Below, piece after piece: positions 48,471 through 60,632 of a DNA stretch of 64,000 nt. Under the pieces are notes generated by a model. It made no database searches, was not told the DNA's origin, and worked only from the letters and a program-made list of their open reading frames with translations. Numbering within the stretch: position 1 is the stretch's first letter; every line of letters begins with the position of its first letter. Both the position numbers and the translations under genes were made by a program. This stretch comes from Balanoglossus misakiensis (taxonomy: Eukaryota; Animalia; Hemichordata): NCBI GenBank assembly GCA_040954595.2, contig CM082576.2:8435129-8499128 (forward strand), written 5' to 3'.

Positions 48471-51400
48471 ATAGAGGTTGTATCGATCCGCACGCGGCGC
48501 TAACATCTGTGAGGTTTCACTGGTCATCGATTATGGGGACTAGATTTCCCATAATATGTTTATTTTAGTCGCGTCGGACGTTTAAAAAAATTCGCTGTCA
48601 GCTCGCTCGATGCGCTTGAAGCTTGCTCGGCGCACAGTATCCAAACGAAACGACGAGATGCTCTGATAACTATGCCGTGACTGTCCGTGAGCGCGAGTGC
48701 GGAACAATACAACACTCTTTACACCCCTTGACTCCGGCTTTTCATTGAGAAAAAGAGTACGACCTCAGTTCAGATATGTTGAATCAAATTATTCTAATTA
48801 CACATATTGCACCAACTAATCGACCCACTCACTATCAATTATAACGTAATTAATTACTTGAATAAAACAAAAGTTTTAAGAACCCTGCGTTCGCGCCTTC
48901 CGTGTTCAATAGCTGGCTGGACACTTTTTAAAGAATCGGCGCGAGTTTTTAAATACTTTTTTGCCCTGTTTGCTTTTTAAAACACCCTTCGTCATATTGG
49001 TATCTTTTCGGATATAAACCACCGTCGAAGTCGATAAAGTACTTAAGTGTCACGTCAGGTACGGTGGTAAGTAGTTAGTGATGGGTCAACAGCCAAGTCA
49101 CCTTGTAACAGACCATAGCGCGCTCTTTCACGGTAGCAGAACCGACAAATGAGTGTTTTATTATGACAAATGATTTCAACTGCTCCCCGCATTAACATCA
49201 GAATGGTTCGTCGTGTTTACACTTTCCTCGCCGACGAAATCTACACCTTCGTTTTTTTCTCTCTTTCAGTATTCTCAGAGGGCCAGAGTCAAATACCGAT
49301 GAATCGAGTCTTTTTTTTCCCTCCGCCCGCCTCTCTCTCCACTATCAAGATGCGTCGATCGATTGATGTCTCAAAAGAGACAGGGGATGGCACGTATGCA
49401 TTGTGGCCATTGTCAGCGTCGGCGTTCTGATTTGGATACATGGATAACCGGGAGAAGGGCAAGCAAATGCCTGAAGAAGAAGAAGAAAAACACGCTTCTA
49501 AGTTTGTGCCACCGAGACCATGGGACGTGTCCTCAGACAGTCAGCGACATTGACGCGGGCGGGGGGAAGTGGAGTTTTCTAGCCGCTGCGAGGTTCCTAC
49601 CTCACCGCCGGAGGCTGGCCGGCTAGGTTGATTGGAAGTAGTCCTCCGTTATTAATTTAGTTAAGCATTAGCAGTTCAAACCCATTAGCCTCTCATTAAT
49701 AATTAAAGAGTCGGGAGCGGTCTCGTCCAGCACCGTGTTTATGTCTCTCTGTGTACTATTTGTATGTCTCTGTGTACGGTGTCATGTGATAGGGCAGAGA
49801 ACTCCGCGAGACAACGTGCGGAACAAAACCCTGAGAAAAAAGCCAGGTAACGTGCCTACAGGATGCTATGAAAGAGCATAAAGAACGCGGTAAGGAGTGC
49901 TCAAAGACTTCAAAGGGTCCACCACTGAATGACCGTACGTACCACCATTGTACCGATCTGTGTTCAGCTAAAAGGGGCATCGGTGAGTCTATTCTACGGC
50001 GCTGCCCTCAGAGCGGGAGAGAAAACAGTGAATTAAGTAGCTTGCTGGAGAGTCGAAGAAAAGGGGGACTCTTTTGGAGTGGGATATCTCAAGAGTTTGA
50101 CAACCAGTGCATTTGGCTTTAAACAATATGCACATACCGAAGCAGAAAAATAGCCGCAAACTCTTGTCACCATCCCCGAGAATTACTAAACTAATTATCG
50201 CTTTCAGTTCTGTTCGGCGAGAGGGGGTTTATTAATTCGCTTTCCCCCCGCCAGTCCACACAGCCCCTCGCTCTTATACGGTTTCTTGCTCTCGGTTATA
50301 AGCTGATGAAATGAAGGGCGATGAAAAGCGTTAATTGTTGGCAATAAAGAGACGCTGAAGGATGCAGAACACTTGAATGAAACCGTCTGGCTCTCTTGAC
50401 CCGTGCACAGATTCAACATAGCTATGAAGGTTGCCAGAAACGTCTTTGGATGGGCAAGAAAAATGCCGACCGGTTTTTAAGCGAAACAAGACCCCCGACT
50501 GTGTTAACCTAATTTCATTTTTCCGGAAATGGGGGAGAAATCACTGCGATGGGAAAAACAGATCCAACAGGTGGTTCTAGCTGGTATCTGCATGGGCGTA
50601 CTGCTTTGTATGGATGGATGGATGGATGCAACGGGTGTAACACTGAGACTCAGCTCTCCTCTTTGGACGCTACTGGCTTTACACAAAATCGTCATTCTTT
50701 TCATCCAATATAGCAGCCGAGAAACAATGGCGAAGTAATTTGAATGGAGATTGGAGTAGCATAAAGATCCAAGATTGATACAAAGGGCTCGTTATTACGG
50801 CACCAACTTTCGCGTCGGTGAAATGTCTGGGGATTTTTTTCCCTCCAATAACCCGGATGGTCCGCCAAACGACCGAGCAGAGAAAGTAATGAGATGGAGA
50901 AAACGTCGAAAAATAAAACAATGTTGTTTTTTAAATAGTTGTGCCCGAAAGGGATATGCCAGTGAAGACATGTTTTGACAACAACGCACAGTCTCTAACA
51001 GCAGTAGGTGACCAAAAAAAGCTTGCTGTATTCTAGCAAGGCGACCGCCACTGTACACACTGCGTCCTTTGTTGTATGTTGTTTTGTAAAAAAAAGCTGA
51101 AAAAAGGAGGCTCTTTGTAAATTGTCCAGGCAAACCCCGGCTCTCAGCACGGTTCCCGATGGGGCGTTCTGTGTACTGTTACAAACACCCAAAACACTGC
51201 CAATTGACGCCGGTGAAAAGCCCCGCACCCGGCAAATCCAATCTTCGTCGCCTCAACTGGCAGCCCCCTGTGCGCGCGCGCGCGGATGTCGAGCCAGGGC
51301 CACCTTGGGATTTCACTTGCCATGGAAATAATTGTGAGCAAGTCAGTTTTGTCAGTTTTTGTGCACCATTCTGCAGACTAGTGTACGGGGTAATAGGCTT

Positions 51401-54400
51401 AATTTGGAAATAAAGGCGTTCATAATCCGCCGTCGCTTTTCAGCTCGCGCTCCAGTTTTGTTTTGATGGGCAGGATTTATTGGTGAGGTGGGCCAGCTAA
51501 GTAGTTTGTCCTTCTTATTAATTATTGTATAAAAGTTTGCACTGGGCCCCAACAGAGCTGTAAAGCAACCGACCGGCACTGTTTACTTTTGCACCAATAC
51601 GCCACCACTTGCACGGCTTGTATGTATGGGGGGAGGCTGTATTGCTATTCCAGTCAGCTGCATGCAAGCTCTCTCGCATGCCTCCACTCGTCGCGCCTGC
51701 ATGCCTGGCCGTCCGGACAGGATCTCACAGCGTATTGCGGCAGACATTTTTTCTTGGTTACTCGCGCGCATATTTCAACGCCATGTTCATTTCATACCGC
51801 TACAGCTCCCTGGGTTTTAATATCTCGCTGTGTATACATACAAGTGAGAAATATCGCCCACCGACAATAAACGGGGACGTGTCAATTACGTCTCATGTCG
51901 GTGTTAAATGTCTCATTTCAATTTTTGGACCGCAGTAATGATTCGATATTGAAGACGCAGGCACGCGGCGACACACGGGCAATCTCGCTGACAAAAAAAG
52001 GTATAACGTACAGAAAGAAGAAAATTACCAAAAACAAAAAAACAAAACTTCGATTATTTGACTGGTCTGGCATCGCATTGATCGATGTGTGTCTGGAAAC
52101 GAAATGAATGGAACACGGGGTTTGGTTTCGCCGTTTTTCAAACGGTTTAATGCGTTAAATTGATTAGACGCGGAGAAACTTAACATTCCCAGGGACTTAT
52201 ACTCCCCTAGCCGGCACCGCAATCGGCGGGAAGGACACGTGAGACGACTGATTAAGCTGGGACACAGGGGCGCAAATTCCGAAGCGTTTTATAGCAGAAG
52301 AAGGCAGAGAGAGAGCCAGACAGAGAGAATGGGGGTTGGCAACGGCGTTGCTTCGGCCAGCTTATCTCTCCCATCTAACACCAACGCTTTCTCCGCATCA
52401 GCTCCAATTTTCAGATCGGGTTTCGGTTTTAAAAGTCGTCCGAGGCTGAGTGATTTTTTCCTCTCCGTCCTTTGTCTTGGCTTGATCCTGAAAGGTGCGC
52501 AAGTGTGAGCTCCACTTAAGGCCCAGCACCGAGTTTCCACGCTGCCCTTTGTGCCCGGCGAGATGCTGTTGTCAAAACATAGCGTTTGGATTCGGATGAC
52601 ATAGGTATACACTCTACCGTATTAAAATCAATTCAATCAATGTTGTGCTTTCTACTCCTAAATACCTTGATAGGATTCCTAATGCCGAGATTTGTTGTGG
52701 CTATTTGAAACCGATGAAAAAAGGGGGGACTGCACCGAGCTGACGACAAAGAGCTCAAGCGCGCAAAAAAATTAGCCCATCCGTTGCATTCTTTTCACCG
52801 GGTGGACAGAATCGCCAATACTGCTCCTTTTCTCGGGCTCTTGAGACCAGCCAATCGTCCCGACTTGGCCGGCCGCCGTTGCTGGCTGCTAGCTGCTTCA
52901 CGGAAACTGTCAGCCCTATATGTCCAGTTCTGGATATGACTTCGCTAAAAGTGAAGATCTGGGTCCAGGCGTAGTTGGGAGGGCATTATGATGGTCAGCA
53001 TAGTGACGAAGTGGCGAGCGAGCGGCAATCACCGGTCCCGTCTAGATCTGCGAATGCAGTTGTTGCTACGGGGCTGACTTCTGCGAAAGAAACCTATAAT
53101 CATCGCATAAATACAGTTGTCAAGGCAAAAAGACAACAGCGCAGCTCGTTAAACTGCACTGCAGCGCTTAATCGGATGGGGGTGGTCAAATATCGGCGGA
53201 CAATAGAAACGCCGTTAAAAAATCGTGTCGCCTTTTTTTATCCTGTAACGACATCCACTTGTCGTCTCAGCACACAAGCCGCTGGGGCTACCGTGAGCCG
53301 AAGTGAACTCGCAGTAGACACCGAAACAAACGGCTGGAAATCGAAATCCCGCCAGCCAGCCAGCCAGCCAGATGGATGAGTGAATGTATACAGTGTGCAT
53401 GCAGGTTCGGTCGCTTCGCCCCTTCCGATATATTGTGCAAGGGAGCGAGATCAATAACGCGTGTTTTTTGCGATAAAATGTTGTCCAACAATGGCCTGTG
53501 CATGCTAACTAGAAGCCAATGAAAACACGGGCAAACATTGAGACCCACACAACACACACACACATCTCCGCCGAGGCTTTTGTTCCAACGGCCAACTCAA
53601 TTACGAACTGTGTACTTGAAATAAAAAGTGCTTTGTGGAGTGTGCAGAGCGCTGTGTAGACTTTCCCTGTCGCCCGATTACATTTCTAAATGGACTAGGG
53701 GAATTTGGCAAATAGTCCCAGTCTCTATTTTCTATACATAACCTTCGAGGGTTTGGAGAAAAGGTAAAGTCACCGTAAAGTCGGGTTTAGCAAACATTAA
53801 GTCGGGTTACAAGCGCCGGTTTAGGGACCGCGGAGACCCACTCGTGGGATAAAAAGCACGTGCCCGAGACTGGAGCGCTATCTGTCACTAAACATCGCTT
53901 ATTCGGCAAGGCTGGTGGAAATTTGTTGAGAACTTGTAAAGTGCGCCTAAATCAAACTGCCAATATTGGGTTTAGATAGGGCCGTATCGCGGTTCAAAGT
54001 TCAATCTTGGAACGTCTTAATATCAGAGAAGGTATACACAGCGCATACTTCGCCATCGTATCGCTATCTGATTTTCGGAGAGGAAGGAAAATGGCGGGGG
54101 GGGGGGGGAGGAGGTTGAAGAATCCTCTCATCCGAGACAGATAAATCAAACCCTTGTAACGCGCGCATGGGAACCGTAGTTCAAAGGTTCATCGTGATAG
54201 GTTTGTCAGGTACGCACACAGCACACAACACTTTTGCTTTTTTTGCCCAGGGGTATACAGTGAATAACTGGAGCGGAACATCAAATGATATGCCTAATTA
54301 TGTGAAAATTACATGCATATCATAACCAAATTGGGCTGAAGACCGTCGTGACTGCTCATGATACGCTAGACTGCGCGGTAACCAGCTCTGGGATTTCCCT

Positions 54401-57400
54401 ATAAAACTGGTGTAAAAACATGTATGACTGAGGCATTTCAGAACGCTTGGGCCAGTCCGGCAAATAAATACTACCTACTGCTTTGCTGCTGCATGCCGTG
54501 ATCTTTGTCGCTGGGCTTGTGAATTCTCAATATCTTAAATGTGTTTTTGCTGCTTAGGTGAGTGATAAAAAAATCTCATACGGTCGACCGATTGCTACCG
54601 TGTTTAACAAATGCAAGTTCACAAGGTAAATTAATTTTCGGTCAAACCGAATAATTCTAGCATTAAAAGTAGAAAACGGTGAATATATTGAAGACGCTCA
54701 GTATGCTAAATACAAAGATAGAACATTTGATACAAAGAAGTCAAGAATTACAGTTAACATATAATTTCTTCAGGCTCGATTTTTTTACCCACAATGCAAT
54801 TATTATGATGTTATTTGACCACCTAGCACGAAAAAACTATTGGAGGTAGCGAGAATTGTTTTATTCTTATAGTGGTACATTCTCACACTAACAATCTTCC
54901 TCTTTTCATCCTTTCGATGATGATGATGATGATGGCGTCGTTTATAACCGTGCACTTTTCTGATTCGTAAGGAAAAAAATCGAGGGGATAGATTGGGGAA
55001 TCGCTGGATGTGGGGGGGGGAGAGATAATTATAGAACTCATCGGAACCACAGTTCATTGAGCGATGGTCGTTATGGTTCTATTGCTGGTTCATTCACAAT
55101 GGAGCCGGCGAGGATCCCGCAAAACAACGAAACAAATGCCAACCATATGGATATGCTAAACACTATGAAAAACGAATTAATATTTGACGACCCGGTTACA
55201 ACACCCTCCAGGATGACAGCCAACAACATGAAAAGGGCCGTGTGTCGTTGCAACGAGGAAATATAATATATGCGGCGATGAAATCGGACACGGGGATTAA
55301 TTCTGTACGCCGAGAATGAAATTAATGTGTCGCTGCAGACACATTCGCAGATAGAGAGTCTACGAGAAAAACATATATGAAGAGATATTGTTCCTTCAAT
55401 TTTTTTGGCGTCATTAGAAAATTGATTCCTATCTTCTGGACAAAAAGGGGTGTTTTATTGAAATTTCAGTAGCCGGTCCACGTCGAAAAAAAAACTGAGA
55501 GAGAAAAGAGCGAAACAAGTTCAGACAACGCACCGCTAAATTAGATTTTTTTGAACGGCGCTAGAACGTATTTCTTAATCGACTGCATGGTTTAACATTA
55601 CATAAATGGCACTTCTTACAGCGACCTTTGAATCCTGATAACAAACACAATAAGATAAGAGGCACTCAGAGTGGTTTACCAAACTCGGGTACAGAAACAC
55701 GACGTCGAAGAAAAAAATCAGCTCATGCATTTGAAGAAAATTGACCCAATTGAGTAGGTTGCGTAACAGGCGAATTGGAGGATGGTATTGATTGCCCGCC
55801 CATTTAACTCAACGTCATCATATTTGACGAATTCTGCGTCACTCTGTTTGTTTTTTCTCTCCCGATATATTTCAAAATTGTAATATCGACGATTTTTTTC
55901 CCTCGTGAAATATCACATTTTCACTCGATCAACGCGCAGATAAAACCGACCCGTCTTGCGTAAGGAGATCCGTCTTTGTTTTGACAAAAGATATTTTGTT
56001 GGTTTTAATTTGATATCACCGATTAAAGTGTGGCCACGAGGAACGAGTGCTGAATTTCCACGCCATTATTAAAAAAAAGAGGAGCGAACAGGAACGTGTA
56101 GTTAATATACACCGCATGCGAATTACTGCAGATGTATGTGCGACGGTTACCGGGCTTGGGCTCCAGCGCGTACTGAGCGAACAAGTGTCTGTGCCCCCCC
56201 CCCCCCCCTCTCCCAAGTCTTTATAAGATTATGAAATTGTATTTTTATTGATTGAGATCCACCCTATTATGGAATTAAACACATAATAACAACTTAATGC
56301 GCAACTACCGTGTTACTGTTTACCGGCGTCTCTATACGATTATATGATTATCAGAGCACTTTGCCGGGGTGTTGAAATGTGTGACTTGGCCCATTAAAGG
56401 CCGCTTAACAAGGCTTATGCGCTTTTGCTGTATTATTAGCCGTGTAAATCTCTTTACGGTAAACTTTAACAAGTCCTCGTGGTACGGGTAACAGTCTTAT
56501 GCGCAGATAAAAAAGTCCTCCCGGTTGACACGGTTTAAGCCTATTTGAACGGGACACCGTCACGGGTTACCGGTGGGGGTATGTCTTACGAGAAATTACC
56601 TCGAGTAATATCTGCAGTCAGGCTGACTTGGGAGATGGGTGTTTTTTTTTTGTTCGCGGCATGTTTCTCTATTCCGCGGCGCACAGAAGAATCCTGTTGG
56701 ATCCATGGACGCGTTTCAGGTGTTGCTTGTGTTGAGCCTTTCCATATGTGCCACAATAAACGCAATTATTTTTTCTACAAAGGGAAGATGCATAATTTAT
56801 ATTATTGACACAAAGTTTATATTGAAGGTTGAAAATGAACTATATATTAGCTGGCAACTCTTGCAACCTCGCGAGAGATATCAAGTTAATTCCTTCTGCA
56901 GCGCATACATGTCGGACATAATTTTTCAATTATCGCCAAATGCGCACACCTTTGTCTGCGGCGGAGCCGGTTCGCGGGAGCGGGCTCCCCCGTCTTTGTC
57001 AGGTCTAAATGTATGTATGTGCGATGGCGGGCTCCACAGATAGCTTTCTGCGCATTTCCCAATTTGTAAAGGCAAACACACGAAACCGACACACATAAAG
57101 GCAAGGTGAGAATGCTTTATCGGGGAATGGTTTGAAATGGACATGGGAAATAGGAATCACGCAGAATTTAATCAATTCTCCTGAAAAACACCATAATGTC
57201 GTATTGATGTATTGCAATTGAGTGCGGAGCATAAACAAAACGTAACCGGATCTTAGCGGAATCTCACGGGGCAAGCCAACGAGCATGCATCATTCACTCC
57301 GACAATACTGCTATTTATGACACGCATAAAAGAGCTGAAAAATCTAATTTCGCTATGATAAAAAGAACAGAATCGCTTGAGACAGCTGTAGACTGGTCCA

Positions 57401-60400
57401 TCATTGCCCCACACTTCGCCTTTCTCCAAGAAAAAAAAATCAACTTCGGGCTAGGCATTTACACCGATATTACTTGCACTATAAGCCAGTCGATGAAAAA
57501 GTCAGACATCGGGGAATTTTTCCATGTACTTGCCGTGCGCTTACAATCCACTAACACACAAAGGTTCGTTCCCGAGAGAGGCTGCTTGCTTGAAATGGAG
57601 AGAAAAAAAGTCTTGAAAACTAAAAATTGTAAAATGCATTAACTTCAATATTTATACGCCGGGTAAAAAAAAACGTATGTAGCTAATAAAATGATAACAG
57701 CCATTGTGGGGTTGGCGACAGCATATGTAAGAAGTGAAAATAGTTGAATCATTAATGGGGAGCCTTGATGGAAAAAAAGAGCGCCACAGAAAAACACGGT
57801 TAAAAAGCAGTGTGTATTCTCGGCAACATACACGGCTCCCGACAGAGGCCTCGAGGGCCGGAGCGCGGCGCGGAACATCCGCGTCCTCCCCTCGCGCGCC
57901 CGAGTGCCGTCTGTTCCTGTATTTCCGCGAATATTTTTAATGTGTTTAAAAGAAGAAAAATGATGAAGAGAGATTTGCGACATCCAAGTTCACCGCAAAG
58001 GGACGCGGAACAGAAGGCAGACGTTGACATGAGTGATTTGTGCGGTATGAGAAGATTCGTCAATTAGCTTTACAGAGGGTTGCATTGATTTCCTCAATTA
58101 CTAGGCTGTTCATATCCTCTGTGTCTATTTCATACGTGTTATATCGTTAAAAAATAAATTAACTGTCCTTATTTAGGCAATGAAGCGCTGAATGTATTGA
58201 TCGTCAAGCGATGAGTATCACTCGTACAGTTTGTCATTATGTCCTGTAGTCTGTCTGTCTTTATGTGTATCTGTGCGTTTTATGAGTTGTCTCCCCGGCT
58301 ATGAAAAGTTACTCCCCAGAAAATGCGAATAAATGTCCGACGCACTTTGCTGGCGATGTTGCCATTCTCTGTTTGTGTAAGCCAATTGGATTCTGTTTAT
58401 GCTTGGCCGAACCTTAAAAAATATAAAGTAACACGTTTTTGATGTAGAGAAAGCAACATTTGTTACGCCCGCTGAAAGCCATTTTGGCGACGGAGGACAC
58501 GTGACGACCGCATCTGTTGATCGCTATATTAACTTTAACAGTCGTTTTTCACAATGATGTTTGAAATGAACAAATGGACACTAAATTCAAAGTGCCCAAT
58601 CCTTCCGAAACTGACAATGCAGTGTCGCAAGAAAGAACGCGGGTAGTTAAACGCACTTGTGTGTGTCGGACACAGATTTTCCATGATCGCGAAATCGTCG
58701 CTCGACGGGGATTTCTGACGTTGCCATAGCAACCGCGACAGATTATGAACTCGCGACTAGGTAATAAATTTCAAAAATTTCACACGATTCTAACTTGCAG
58801 TAAGTATTGTGTTATCCCTTATGAAATCATGAAACTCACTTGAAATAAATCAGTGTACGCATTTCCTATATTTAGTCAACCATTTTTTAAAAGTTTGCCA
58901 ACAACTCCATTTCAAGTTCTACGACGCGGTCGCGACTTCTGCGATAATTACTGACCCGTGTATCAATTTGATCATTGCAAGTTGGAATTTCCGGGGCATT
59001 TTATTGATATTGCAATATTGTTCAATTTCCCCGGCCATATCAAGCGAGGCGGCTTTCACAGGGGCGCGCACCGCAACGAGATTTAATACACCAAGTACAA
59101 GATGCGCGCGTGCCGAGCTCGCCAATTTAATATACTGACATACTGTGCGCCGGCACGGTGTGGGTCTGGCGGTGCCTCCCCTTTTATTTCGCGCTCTTTT
59201 TTTTACTCCCCGCTGCAGTGCGCTCGGGGGCATCATCGCCACTGTTAACTTTATGGCAGCGGGTGTATAGGGTGTAGGCCGTGTTCCATTTGATTTTCTC
59301 CGCAAAATAGGTGGCCATATGGATGCAGGTCGGAATGCGGCGTGGAGCGGAGGGGAACGAACGGCTCCTGAGGGCACGACAGCTCATGATGAATGGCGGC
59401 GGCGGTATACTCCTAACCCAACACATATGCCCCGTGCCTTGTTCACTTTCCTAATTACTATCGCTCTCCTTAATTTCCTTATATTTTATAGCTAATCTCG
59501 CCTCTTTCGCCGTTCCTCGTCAGCCTGACATTGCGGGCCACAAAAGAAAATGATGCTCATGGTACTAAATCAAATAACACTAAAAAGTCCAAAATAAATG
59601 CTCCCGGCGGCCGCAAAGAGAACAGCAGTACAAAACTCCGTCAACAACTAGGAGCAGACCCGTGTTTACTATTTGAGGTTAAAAATCAAGTTACCGAACA
59701 AACAGACCATGGACAGACATACAGACAGAATGAGAGCTATCAAAAGATGTGCAAATAATTTATTCCCCCCGATATTTGAATATTGAATTCATCCCCCTCC
59801 AAGTAAACCACGTATACGTGGTGTTAACTTTCAGTGGTTCTTGGCTTGGTTTCTGGTTCATGTATTTATGTTTGGTTGTTTTTACTATGACGACATGATG
59901 GCCACCAAGTCCCCCCCCCCCGGGATTGCAATTATTTTTTGTAATGTTCTGTAGTTTTACCGTTCAACGACACCAAATCGCACGTAGCAAATCGTCGCCG
60001 GGCTTGCAATTGCAATCGAAGTTAGAGCATGTGCTTTTGACGTAAGTCTATCGGTAATTTGCCACGAATGAAAAAAAGCAATGAAAGCGCAAAATTTGAA
60101 GAGCACCGTCGCTGGACATCGATGGGGAAAATCGCTGGAGGCGGTGACCCTTTCTCTCGCTGTGTCGTCGCCATCTACGTCATAGTGACGGGTGCATCCA
60201 CGCCAGACTTTTGGACTCTTCCAGCGGGGGAAAAAGTGTCTGCGCGGTTGTAGTTGAAGTACACTTATCTTGTCGAGACAGTCGAATTGACTTTCTCTCT
60301 CTCTTTTCGTAGCTGAGTGAGCAGTATTTCAGACAGCGGGGTTTCAAGGGGCAGGGCGCATTCAGCAAAATTGCATCTGTATTTGACAGAGAGACGGGAG

Positions 60401-60550
60401 AAGTACGCCGAAAGAAAAGCGGGCAATTTTCGTTGTGAAAGGTGAAAGTCGCGAGGAGGAGTAAAATTGCATCACCTGGGAGTGAAGTGTGCAACGGGAG
60501 TGAGCGCGGCGTGGTGACCGAGGTTGCGTTCGCCGGTTTCACTTAGGCCT

Positions 60551-60632
60551 GAGAGAGAGAAAAAGAGAAGACAGAGACAGACAGAGAAAGACAAACGGAC
60601 AAAGATAGAGAGATACAGAGAGAGAGAGAGAG
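60551..60632. repeat. GA/GACA-rich purine low-complexity tract
   Basis: Direct reading. Confidence 0.8.

Noticed and set aside
8242-56208. Numerous G/C homopolymer runs as G-quadruplex candidates
   Set aside because: Dispersed simple mononucleotide runs with no positional pattern; prone to sequencing length error
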